DNA of 20,000 bases, taken from the IMG/VR virus record IMGVR_UViG_3300032241_001451; one strand, 5' to 3'. The position numbers and the translations under genes are program-made. The notes under the pieces are model-generated. The model searched no databases and was not told the origin of the DNA. It saw only the letters and a list, made by a program, of their open reading frames with translations. How positions within the stretch are numbered: position 1 is the first letter of the stretch; every line of letters starts with the position of its first letter. Below, in pieces: positions 1 through 6,813 of this stretch. The stretch comes from an uncultured virus (IMG/VR IMGVR_UViG_3300032241_001451). Its lineage: Duplodnaviria > Heunggongvirae > Uroviricota > Caudoviricetes.

Positions 1-35
1 TGTGATTGACCTGTAATAAGAATTGCGTATGACAT
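1..35 (-). CDS. 5' end of a leftward hypothetical gene that runs off the window (MSYAILITGQS...)
   Basis: ATG at 35-33 is preceded on the minus strand by GAAACGGAATAATAA, the same leader type as the neighbouring genes. Confidence 0.55.
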   Translation of the reverse strand, partial: MSYAILITGQS

Positions 36-61
36 TTATTATTCCGTTTCTGTTAATTATT

Positions 62-340
62 TTAGTTGTCTGTATCTGTTGCGGAGTCACTAAAGAAGTG
101 TTCATACATTTCGGACACTTCATTTAATTTATTTTGTGCGTGTTCATTAGCGACATCTAGTGCGCCAGTTAAGAGTTCGGGTTCTGCCATTAGTGTTAGT
201 TGATACACCAGTTGCGCCAGTATCTCGGACTCATCTAGTTCGGGGAATAAGAACGACAACGCTTGCTTTAATTCTAAAGATTGTCGTAGTTTCTTTTGTA
301 TCTCATCTTGCGTTGATTGTTTTTCTTTACGCAACTTCAT
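62..340 (-). CDS. hypothetical protein, 92 aa
   Basis: Open frame with an AAGGGG SD upstream; overlapped by the end of 327..443. Confidence 0.75.
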   Translation of the reverse strand: MKLRKEKQSTQDEIQKKLRQSLELKQALSFLFPELDESEILAQLVYQLTLMAEPELLTGALDVANEHAQNKLNEVSEMYEHFFSDSATDTDN

Positions 341-443
341 TTCGCCCCTTTTTATTCAGTAACGATACGAGTTGATAGTAAGAAGTAACTTCATCATCTA
401 TAAGAAGTGTTACACCAGTTTCATCTATTGTTGCGATAGTCAT
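327..443 (-). CDS. small hypothetical protein, 38 aa (MTIATIDETGVTLLIDDEVTSYYQLVSLLNKKGRNEVA)
   Basis: Manual translation; ACGGAG SD ahead of the ATG; fills the gap between neighbours. Confidence 0.6.
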   Translation of the reverse strand: MTIATIDETGVTLLIDDEVTSYYQLVSLLNKKGRNEVA

Positions 444-469
444 GTATTACTCCGTTTCGTAGTTAGTGA

Positions 470-622
470 TTAGTTGGGGAATAGCAGGTCTTTACAGAAT
501 TGTGACATCTGACTTACTGGGACTTTACAACTCTTAGGAGTTGTTATGTCATTTAACCAATAGCAGATAGCGATAACAACAACTGCGATTAGTAAGAAGA
601 TAACTATGCGTTTTAGTTTCAT
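470..622 (-). CDS. small membrane-anchored protein, 50 aa (MKLKRIVIFLLIAVVVIAICYWLNDITTPKSCKVPVSQMSQFCKDLLFPN)
   Basis: Manual translation; AAGGAG SD; basic N-terminus, one TM helix and a Cys pair. Confidence 0.75.
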   Translation of the reverse strand: MKLKRIVIFLLIAVVVIAICYWLNDITTPKSCKVPVSQMSQFCKDLLFPN

Positions 623-652
623 TTATTCTCCTTTTCGTTGTTAGTGTTAAAT

Positions 653-1240
653 TGAATACTTACAACAAGTATTCATAGCCGTTCACTTGTCATAACTGCT
701 CATAACAGGTAACAAGTGACCGACTAAAAATAATTGTTAAAGATAAGTAGTAATAAGCGCACACGATTTGATTTCGCATTTGACCATGTATTTGTCGCAC
801 TAGGCGTAGTCAATTAGCGGTGTGATTATTAGCAGAAGATTGTCTGCCCAAGTGTTAGCCAACGCATTTTGTTGCGCGGTGTAATTAACTGCTAAGTGTT
901 AAAGAAGTTTCATAACAAGTCACACATTGACTTTCATACTTCATAACAATTAGTGAAGTTAAATTACTGTTGCGAGAGTTTCACTCGCACCGATTAAGAA
1001 GTTTCACAACTTCAATAGTGGCGTTGTAATAAATACAACCTGCTCTATCGGATTTCCACGAACCGATTTCTCGGTGGCGGGCTAACAAGAGAATTGTATG
1101 TGACATCAGGGCAAGAACGCAACTCACCCGAAATTGAGCGTGTTTCACGCGTGAATTGGGGGTGGGAATTGGCAGATTGCCAGCCCTTGATACTTTCCCG
1201 TTCTCCACCCCCCATGAGTCCTACATACTGTGATTACAGT
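653..1240 (-). ncRNA. candidate large structured RNA or structured leader of the leftward operon
   Basis: More than 12 stems. GNRA loops (GAAA at 1067-1070, GUGA at 1004-1007) and G-U pairs (676-681/721-726, 1121-1126/1215-1220) work only on the minus strand. Long-range stems at 853-860/1080-1087 and 1096-1101/1223-1228. Confidence 0.6.
1138..1151. repeat. 14-bp site GCGTGTTTCACGCG, copy 1
   Basis: Identical to 1728-1741; internally palindromic (GCGTG-TTT-CACGC). Confidence 0.8.
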
Positions 1241-1434
1241 TGTTAAAGAAGATTGGTATTTATTTTCTGCGTTTATTTTCAGTAACGATAAACAGTTAAT
1301 AGTTAAAGAAGATAGTAATAAGTTATTTATTGGCAGTTGGTACAACTAGGCGTTATTACAGTTACTACTGGCATCAACTTAACAAAATAACAATAAGTAT
1401 GTAATAGTTCTAAAGATAAGTGCGGTGGGGGTTA

Positions 1435-1453
1435 TAGGGGGCAACGCCCCCTA
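1435..1453. other. GC hairpin TAGGGGGC-AAC-GCCCCCTA in the AT-rich centre of the divergent region
   Basis: Perfect 8-bp inverted repeat, preceded by a G-run and not followed by a U-tract. Confidence 0.7.
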
Positions 1454-1569
1454 AATACATTGAAGAATAGTTAGTGTCTATTAGAGAGATAAGAGAGAGA
1501 GAAGAGATACTTTGTTGTGGCTATTGAATACTGCTACTAGATAACTACTAGACATGACAGATAGATACA

Positions 1570-1830
1570 CATTGTTAGTGTTTCACAATGCTTATGTGAG
1601 TTGATAACAACTGGAAAAGTTGTCTGAAAGGCTGGTGGTACAAACAGCGTGCCACACTACTTTGCGACAGTAGCCAAACAGTTACATAACAGTTGCTATC
1701 GAAACTGCTATCAAACTATTTAATAACGCGTGTTTCACGCGGGGATTGAACAATAAATACAAGTTATAGAAACTTGTTGTAAGTGTAATAGCGCAATAAA
1801 TAGTTAGTTGTTGTTGCGTGATACCCCACA
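1570..1830 (+). ncRNA. second candidate structured RNA
   Basis: Stems at 1570-75/1585-90, 1592-99/1682-89, 1607-12/1618-23, 1635-41/1649-55, 1657-61/1669-73, 1759-65/1771-77 and 1791-99/1811-19; the G-U pairs favour the plus strand. Confidence 0.4.
1728..1741. repeat. 14-bp site GCGTGTTTCACGCG, copy 2
   Basis: Identical to 1138-1151. Confidence 0.8.
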
Positions 1831-1911
1831 GTTAAGCCAAAAACGCTCATGGAACGGCCAGGTGAGAGGCATGGTTGAAGGGTTTGAGGTTAGGCAGTAG
1901 CCGAAAAGTGG

Positions 1912-1920
1912 TGCTAGAGT
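1912..1920 (+). promoter_or_regulatory. extended -10 promoter (TGcTAGAGT) for a leaderless mRNA
   Basis: TGn-TAnnnT lies 6 nt before ATG 1927, which has no SD. Confidence 0.55.
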
Positions 1921-1926
1921 GCCATT

Positions 1927-2475
1927 ATGACCAATTTAACCACCATGCAGTTTCAATACGCTCTGACAATCGACGAAGAGGCGCTCTGTACCCAAGTCGG
2001 GTATGAGAGACAACTGCCCTATTTAGGGCAACCAGAGAAGAATATGAACTATTCTGAAGGGGATGCGTGGGAAATGCTCCAACACATCATCTGTGCAGGT
2101 AGTGAACTAGCCTTTGCTCGTATGATGGGCCTAAACGAGTTCGTTCCTCACGTCAATAAATGGAAGACAGAGTTAGATATCCCTGGTTTTGGAGAAGTGC
2201 GATTTGCATTTCCTCCCAAGTTCCCAGAATACACCAATGAGATTCGTGGATTGAGATACACAACTCATGATAATCCTGATTTAAAGTATGTTTTGCTTGC
2301 AGGAGGGTTAGCAAATAAGACTCGTCGTCAAGCACCCGACTGGAAAGGCTCTCCGTACATTGCGGTAGGATGGATGTATGGGCATGAGTGCACTCGTAAA
2401 GAGTGGCAAATGAACGCCAAAACCTATTATGTTCCCAGAAACCATCTACATACTATGGAGAGTTTAGAGATATGA
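1927..2475 (+). CDS. PD-(D/E)XK-like phage protein, paralog 1
   Basis: AGSELAFA...LDIPGFGEVR...VLL...AVGW pattern shared with 2472..3032 and 6806..7321. Confidence 0.65.
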   Translation: MTNLTTMQFQYALTIDEEALCTQVGYERQLPYLGQPEKNMNYSEGDAWEMLQHIICAGSELAFARMMGLNEFVPHVNKWKTELDIPGFGEVRFAFPPKFPEYTNEIRGLRYTTHDNPDLKYVLLAGGLANKTRRQAPDWKGSPYIAVGWMYGHECTRKEWQMNAKTYYVPRNHLHTMESLEI

Positions 2476-3032
2476 GCAAAATCGTCCATTTATCCCAAGC
2501 AGAGGTCGCTGCATGCGCCTCTATCGCCCAACAACGCTGGTTAATGAAATTTGGAAGTGTTGATAGACCCAATTATGCGGGTGATAACAAACGTTTCCTT
2601 GAACCTGAGATAGCCGCAAACGTGAGAACCATCGTTGCAGAGTACGCAGTGGCTAAATTGTATAAGAAAGCGATGGTCTTCCCCTTCTACCCCAATGAAG
2701 AGCATTCTTTTAGAAAAGACTTTCCAGATGTCTTTCCTAATATCGAGGTAAAAAGTATTAGAACGAGGGATGAGGTCCCTGTTTTCCCTAAAGACTTACA
2801 TGAGGGGTGGGTCTTGGTAGGTGCGCGTGTGGAAGATAGGGACTACTACTCTGAAGTTGAAGTCTATGGTTGGGTTTCTATGGATGAGATTCCAATGCAT
2901 AGCGAATGGCTCTATGCACCAGAGGGGTCGTGGAGGGTACCTTTGTCAGAATTTGATGATACCTCCCCTATCCCAGAAGATTTTTCAATTTCCAGTAAAG
3001 GCAGTAGCCTTAGAGCAGTAAACGAAGGGTAA
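2472..3032 (+). CDS. PD-(D/E)XK-like phage protein, paralog 2 (start MSKIVH at the ATGA overlap)
   Basis: VAEYAVA...PDVFPNIEVKS...VLV...VYGW; ATG 2472 overlaps the upstream TGA. Confidence 0.7.
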   Translation: MSKIVHLSQAEVAACASIAQQRWLMKFGSVDRPNYAGDNKRFLEPEIAANVRTIVAEYAVAKLYKKAMVFPFYPNEEHSFRKDFPDVFPNIEVKSIRTRDEVPVFPKDLHEGWVLVGARVEDRDYYSEVEVYGWVSMDEIPMHSEWLYAPEGSWRVPLSEFDDTSPIPEDFSISSKGSSLRAVNEG

Positions 3033-3036
3033 GAAG

Positions 3037-3162
3037 ATGCACATTGCCTATGGAAGAACAAGTGAGTGGGGGTTTGCTTTGAAGTACAACCCTGATTATA
3101 AAGATATCTCGATTGATTTTATTAAGTGGTACTTTGCTATTGGGATTGGTAAGGACAAATGA
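3037..3162 (+). CDS. small hypothetical protein, 41 aa (MHIAYGRTSEWGFALKY...)
   Basis: Manual translation; fills the gap; stop overlaps the next ATG. Confidence 0.6.
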   Translation: MHIAYGRTSEWGFALKYNPDYKDISIDFIKWYFAIGIGKDK

Positions 3163-3386
3163 AATTCAGCGCAGGTCTGCTCAAGTGGTTCCAGTTGGGA
3201 GTTGGAGTTAATAACTTCTCAGCATGGATAACCCTAGGCTTTTGCTACATGCAAGTTGAGAGAAAGTATTCAGAGGTAGTACCTGCATTGAAAGAAGTGA
3301 CACTTACCTGTCTTAGTTGTGGTACATCTACTCGCACTTTCTCAGCCGAGTCCCGTACCCCTTACTACTGTTGGGATTGCAAATGA
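3159..3386 (+). CDS. hypothetical protein with a C-terminal CxxC...CxxC zinc finger
   Basis: CLSC...CWDC; ATGA overlaps at both ends. Confidence 0.7.
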   Translation: MKFSAGLLKWFQLGVGVNNFSAWITLGFCYMQVERKYSEVVPALKEVTLTCLSCGTSTRTFSAESRTPYYCWDCK

Positions 3387-3529
3387 GTATATTTTTAACG
3401 GCCCTTATTTGTTCTTTTATTTTTGCAACAGTATTTATATCTATAGCCACAGAGTGGTATATTATCTATAAGGATAAGGATAAGAGTTTTGATGACTTCT
3501 GGTCTACCCAGGAGTCTTTTGAGGAGTAG
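3383..3529 (+). CDS. small single-TM membrane protein (MSIFLTALIC...)
   Basis: ATG 3383 overlaps the upstream TGA; hydrophobic N-terminus. Confidence 0.65.
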   Translation: MSIFLTALICSFIFATVFISIATEWYIIYKDKDKSFDDFWSTQESFEE

Positions 3530-3532
3530 GTC

Positions 3533-3739
3533 ATGTGGTCATGGGTATTAGCAGCAGTTGGGACAACTGGCATATTCTTCCTTGGTAGGAAGAGTATCTG
3601 GGCTTGGCTCATCCTTATCTGGAACGAGATTCTTTGGACTACCTACTCTTTGATTACCCACCAGTATGGCTTCATCGTCGCATCGGTGGCATATGTTATT
3701 GTGTACCTACGAAACTACCGAGAATGGCGTAAAGCATGA
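3533..3739 (+). CDS. small multi-TM membrane protein (PnuC-like half-domain pattern)
   Basis: GAGGAG SD; three hydrophobic segments; W-x-W...NEILW...YG...Y pattern. Confidence 0.7.
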   Translation: MWSWVLAAVGTTGIFFLGRKSIWAWLILIWNEILWTTYSLITHQYGFIVASVAYVIVYLRNYREWRKA

Positions 3740-3903
3740 AATGTGAAGTTTGCCTACAGAAGTCAGAAGAGTTCTTGTTCATGGTCGATGACCCAGAGGG
3801 TAAGAACACCCCTCAGAAGTTTGAGTACACATTTGTCATCTGTGAAGATTGCGTGGAGGACGTACTCGGCGTAGAGATGATTGACTACTATGCCACCAAC
3901 TAA
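3736..3903 (+). CDS. small zinc-finger protein, 55 aa (MKCEVC...ICEDC)
   Basis: Manual translation; ATGA overlap; two CxxC motifs. Confidence 0.65.
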   Translation: MKCEVCLQKSEEFLFMVDDPEGKNTPQKFEYTFVICEDCVEDVLGVEMIDYYATN

Positions 3904-4069
3904 AGACCAGTACGCCCAGGCCTACAAGAAGGCCAAGCAGTTTGCTCCAAAAGACTGGAAGCCAGAAGGACTAAAGGCCTATCAATACAGTCAGAGTCAG
4001 ATGAAACATCAGCCCATCAACGAGTCGGAGTTTGACCCATTAGTTGAAGAAGAATTGTGGAATAGTTAA
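3890..4069 (+). CDS. hypothetical protein
   Basis: Open frame overlapping the upstream stop; ATG 3890 preferred over TTG 3881. Confidence 0.6.
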   Translation: MPPTKDQYAQAYKKAKQFAPKDWKPEGLKAYQYSQSQMKHQPINESEFDPLVEEELWNS

Positions 4070-4106
4070 ATAAGATTCTTTTTCTCAGAAATGACACACT
4101 TATCAT

Positions 4107-4229
4107 ATGGACAGATGCATCAAGTGTGAACATAGCATCGTAGGTGGAGTCTGCTCAGTAGAGACCTGTAAATGTATCTGTGAGGCTATCCCTACCAAGG
4201 GCGAATATACCAATGACGAGGTCTGGTAA
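4107..4229 (+). CDS. small Cys-rich protein, 40 aa (MDRCIKCEH...CSVETCKCIC), probably leaderless
   Basis: Manual translation; TGa-CACACT 6 nt upstream; TAATG overlap with the next gene. Confidence 0.6.
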   Translation: MDRCIKCEHSIVGGVCSVETCKCICEAIPTKGEYTNDEVW

Positions 4230-4405
4230 TGGGTAAGGTCCAAAGAGTTCAAGAGTTACGTAAGTCAAGTGCTGCAACACCTATCCGTAATAAGAAGCGA
4301 TATCGCCGTGATGACTTCAATGCCGATATGTCGTTACTGAGAGAAGAACAATTCCACATTGGTGAGGCTCCCGATGGCACAGTGGCAGGGGCTAGTAAGC
4401 AATGA
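4229..4405 (+). CDS. small basic protein, 58 aa (MGKVQRVQELRKSSAATPIRNKKRYRR...)
   Basis: Manual translation; start/stop overlaps on both sides. Confidence 0.65.
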   Translation: MGKVQRVQELRKSSAATPIRNKKRYRRDDFNADMSLLREEQFHIGEAPDGTVAGASKQ

Positions 4406-4518
4406 GCACCAAAGTCTGCTATCTCTGTCAGGGCGAGGGCATGATGCAATCAGGAGAAGAATGCCCATGCTTTACCAACTCATGTCCATGTCAGTATTGC
4501 AAGGTTGCTAATGCCTAG
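4402..4518 (+). CDS. small Cys-rich protein, 38 aa (CYLCQGEG...CPC...CPCQYC)
   Basis: Manual translation; CxxCxGxG motif; ATGA overlap. Confidence 0.6.
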   Translation: MSTKVCYLCQGEGMMQSGEECPCFTNSCPCQYCKVANA

Positions 4519-4867
4519 ACAAGAAGATTTCTATCACGGTTCCACAGCACACTTTAAGCCAGGAGATGTCATCCAGTCACCTGCTGCTCGTGGATTACCA
4601 AACCCACGACCAAGCAATCCTTTATATCACCATGACCGTGTTTATGTGACACCATTGCATCTAATCACCGCTCGCATATATGCACACGGACCAGAAGACA
4701 CATCAGATACTGGTCCATCAGGCCACATCTACAAAGTGAAGCCAGTAGGTCAGAAGCGTCACGATAAAGAAGTTAAGTGGGGCATGAAGGGCATCTCTTA
4801 CCACTTCCGTGAGGCAGTCGTTCTGAGCAAGCACCATCCAGATACAATGGAGGAGATTAAAGAATGA
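4511..4867 (+). CDS. Arr-like (rifampin ADP-ribosyltransferase fold) ADP-ribosyltransferase
   Basis: FYHGS...FKPGDVIQSP...VYVT...ARIYA...GHIYKVKPVG parallels the Arr family pattern FYHGT...GD.L.PG...YFT...IY.VEP.G. Confidence 0.7.
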   Translation: MPRQEDFYHGSTAHFKPGDVIQSPAARGLPNPRPSNPLYHHDRVYVTPLHLITARIYAHGPEDTSDTGPSGHIYKVKPVGQKRHDKEVKWGMKGISYHFREAVVLSKHHPDTMEEIKE

Positions 4868-5136
4868 CATTGCCATCCAAGAAGAAAAAAGTGTACGGGC
4901 CGTACAAAGATAAAAACAAGGGCGGACGCACAATGATGGTCGAGTACGACCCTAAGACTCAAAAGACCACATCGACTCATGAGGCACGTTACAAGAAGGA
5001 AAAGTCGCTGGGGCGCACACTCAAGAAAGATGAGCACGTCGACCACAAAGACAATAACAAACATAACAATGGTTCGAAGAACCTCCAGGTGATGAAGGCG
5101 TCTAAAAATATTGGCAAAGGTAACAAGAACCGATGA
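4864..5136 (+). CDS. small HNH-motif protein
   Basis: LGRTLKKDEHVDHKDNNKHNNGSKNLQVM is an HNH signature. Confidence 0.8.
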   Translation: MTLPSKKKKVYGPYKDKNKGGRTMMVEYDPKTQKTTSTHEARYKKEKSLGRTLKKDEHVDHKDNNKHNNGSKNLQVMKASKNIGKGNKNR

Positions 5137-5291
5137 GCGCCATTGACGATGCTAAAGAACTCTGGAAGTCACAAGAATTAGATGAAGAGTGTTCTCCTAA
5201 CAAGGTATGTAAGAACATGAAGGACGTCACCTACGGCTTATCTGCCGCAGATTGGAAGTCTATGCTCCAAAAAGAAGGTAAGTGGAAATGA
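5133..5291 (+). CDS. hypothetical protein, 52 aa (MSAIDDAKELWKSQ...)
   Basis: Manual translation; ATGA overlaps at both ends. Confidence 0.65.
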   Translation: MSAIDDAKELWKSQELDEECSPNKVCKNMKDVTYGLSAADWKSMLQKEGKWK

Positions 5292-5629
5292 GCGCACCCC
5301 TCTCCCATAAGCAATTAGCCATGTTCATGCCTGCAGGGGAAGTCAAGGCTATGACAGGCAAGAAGTCACCTGACCGTCAATGGTTCCATATGCCTTTTGC
5401 AGGACCTACTGTTACCAACGGCAGAGAGTCAGCAGACCAGATGTGGGATAGGAAAGCCAAGGAAGCCAAGAGCGAACGCCTTACCTCTAGCATTAAGAAG
5501 AAGGGCGTTCAGAAGCCTGTTCGTATGATGGAGTTCATGGGAGGTCATATCCTCAATGATGGGCACCACAGGGTGGCAGCAGCGGCTTCTATTGACCCTC
5601 ATATGCTTATCCCTGTTATTCACGAGTAA
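5288..5629 (+). CDS. ParB/Srx N-terminal-domain protein
   Basis: LTSSIKKKGVQKPV...ILNDGHHRVAAA...IPV. Confidence 0.8.
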   Translation: MSAPLSHKQLAMFMPAGEVKAMTGKKSPDRQWFHMPFAGPTVTNGRESADQMWDRKAKEAKSERLTSSIKKKGVQKPVRMMEFMGGHILNDGHHRVAAAASIDPHMLIPVIHE

Positions 5630-5757
5630 GATAGTCGTTACTAAAGAAAAAACACAAGGGCGGCGTTAAAACGGGCATAGAGGGCATCTAGGGCACTTCA
5701 GGCGCCCAGCACGTCTCCTACAAGGCAAAAGTTGCTACAAAGCCCCCCAAGCCCATC

Positions 5758-5766
5758 TGGTACCCT
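5758..5766 (+). promoter_or_regulatory. extended -10 promoter candidate (TGgTACCCT)
   Basis: TGn-TAnnnT in the intergenic gap ahead of the AAGGAG SD of 5796. Confidence 0.45.
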
Positions 5767-5795
5767 TATCTCGACCATAGAGAAGGAGAAGCCTC

Positions 5796-6347
5796 ATGAC
5801 GACCATCGTTGGAGTTCAGTACAAGAACAAATCGGTAATTGTTGCCGATAATCAAGTAACTGATGACACGGGTCGTCGTTTTAACCATCCTGACATGAAG
5901 AAGATTGCAGAACGTGGTCCTATTCTTGTTGCAGGAAGTGGCGAGGTTCAACCATGCGACGTCATTCAACACATGTGGAATCCACCAGCGTTGACTGTTA
6001 AAGATAAAAAAGACATTTATCACTATGTAATTACTAAGGCGATGCCATCCTTTCGCAAGTGCCTTGTGGATAACGGCTATGACTTTGCAGAAGGTAAGGG
6101 CGATGGAAAGGCTGATGAACAGCGCTTCCATTTCATTATTTCTATTAATGGCGAATTATTCGACATAGCAGATGACTTATCTGTCTGTCGTTCAGAAGAC
6201 GGTTTCTATGGTGTAGGTTCAGGTGCGTCATATGCTTTGGGCGCTCTTCATGCAGGAGCCACCCCAGTTGAAGCAGTTGATATCGCTGCTAAACTAACCG
6301 TGTATACATCAGGACCATATCAAGTTGTGGAGCAATTAAAAAGATGA
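5796..6347 (+). CDS. Ntn-hydrolase, HslV/proteasome beta-subunit-like peptidase
   Basis: N-terminal (M)TTIVG nucleophile, AD.QVT, KI, AGSG and GSGASYALGAL motifs; AAGGAG SD. Confidence 0.85.
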   Translation: MTTIVGVQYKNKSVIVADNQVTDDTGRRFNHPDMKKIAERGPILVAGSGEVQPCDVIQHMWNPPALTVKDKKDIYHYVITKAMPSFRKCLVDNGYDFAEGKGDGKADEQRFHFIISINGELFDIADDLSVCRSEDGFYGVGSGASYALGALHAGATPVEAVDIAAKLTVYTSGPYQVVEQLKR

Positions 6348-6640
6348 GTAAGGCAAAAGAAAAGATTGAACAAAAGCAGATGGAGGCAAATGCCTTTATT
6401 TTGCAGACAAAAGAAGAACGCGCTAAAGCACGTTGGGAAGATGCACAATTAAAAGCGGCAACTGCACAATCGGTGTTAGATTACGCCATTGAACAATACG
6501 AAGCACATAAAGAAGAATTGGAAAAAGACATTATTACACAGACAGAAGAGCAGATTACGGCTCGCACTACACAGATTAGAGAATTTCTCATGTCTGAAAA
6601 AGACATTTACTTAGAATCTATGGGCATTCAAGCAGACTAA
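6344..6640 (+). CDS. hypothetical coiled-coil protein
   Basis: ATGA overlap; E/K/Q/A-rich helical composition. Confidence 0.75.
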   Translation: MSKAKEKIEQKQMEANAFILQTKEERAKARWEDAQLKAATAQSVLDYAIEQYEAHKEELEKDIITQTEEQITARTTQIREFLMSEKDIYLESMGIQAD

Positions 6641-6813
6641 CCGCCTGTTTTATAAAAGCCATTTCCCTTAAACTGTAAACCAAAAGGTGTGTACACACGG
6701 GTTAATGAGTAACCGCATGATGGGCAAGGGTATCTAGACTCTTCAGCGTGGATGCTACGTTCGTGTTCAATAGTAATATCACACGTTATACATGAGTATT
6801 CGTATTTAGGCAT
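6637..6813 (-). CDS. FmdB-family zinc-ribbon protein, 58 aa
   Basis: MPKYEYSCITC...CPSCG...FKGNGFYKT signature; start reassigned to ATG 6813. Confidence 0.85.
   Translation of the reverse strand: MPKYEYSCITCDITIEHERSIHAEESRYPCPSCGYSLTRVYTPFGLQFKGNGFYKTGG

Noticed and set aside
1141..1158. parS site (TGTTTCACGTGAAACA-like)
   Set aside because: There are two extra central bases and a poor right half; copy 2 lacks the right half entirely, and the ParB-like protein has no HTH.
1096..1228. RNase P RNA (GGAAAGU before a pseudoknot strand) or hammerhead ribozyme (CUGAUG)
   Set aside because: The RNase P 3' conserved region (AGAA...CGGCUUA) is missing and the topology differs; the hammerhead CUGANGA core is incomplete.
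981..1345. ORFs 981..1208 and 1145..1345 (minus strand)
   Set aside because: No convincing starts or protein-like motifs; they overlie the structured and AT-rich non-coding region.
623..1926. CRISPR array or tRNA genes
   Set aside because: No regularly spaced direct repeats and no cloverleaf with a GTTCRA T-loop were found.
4511..4867. Calling this a rifampicin-resistance gene (arr)
   Set aside because: Only the fold-level motifs match; Arr-specific segments such as EDDPN...PGNPT.SYR are absent.
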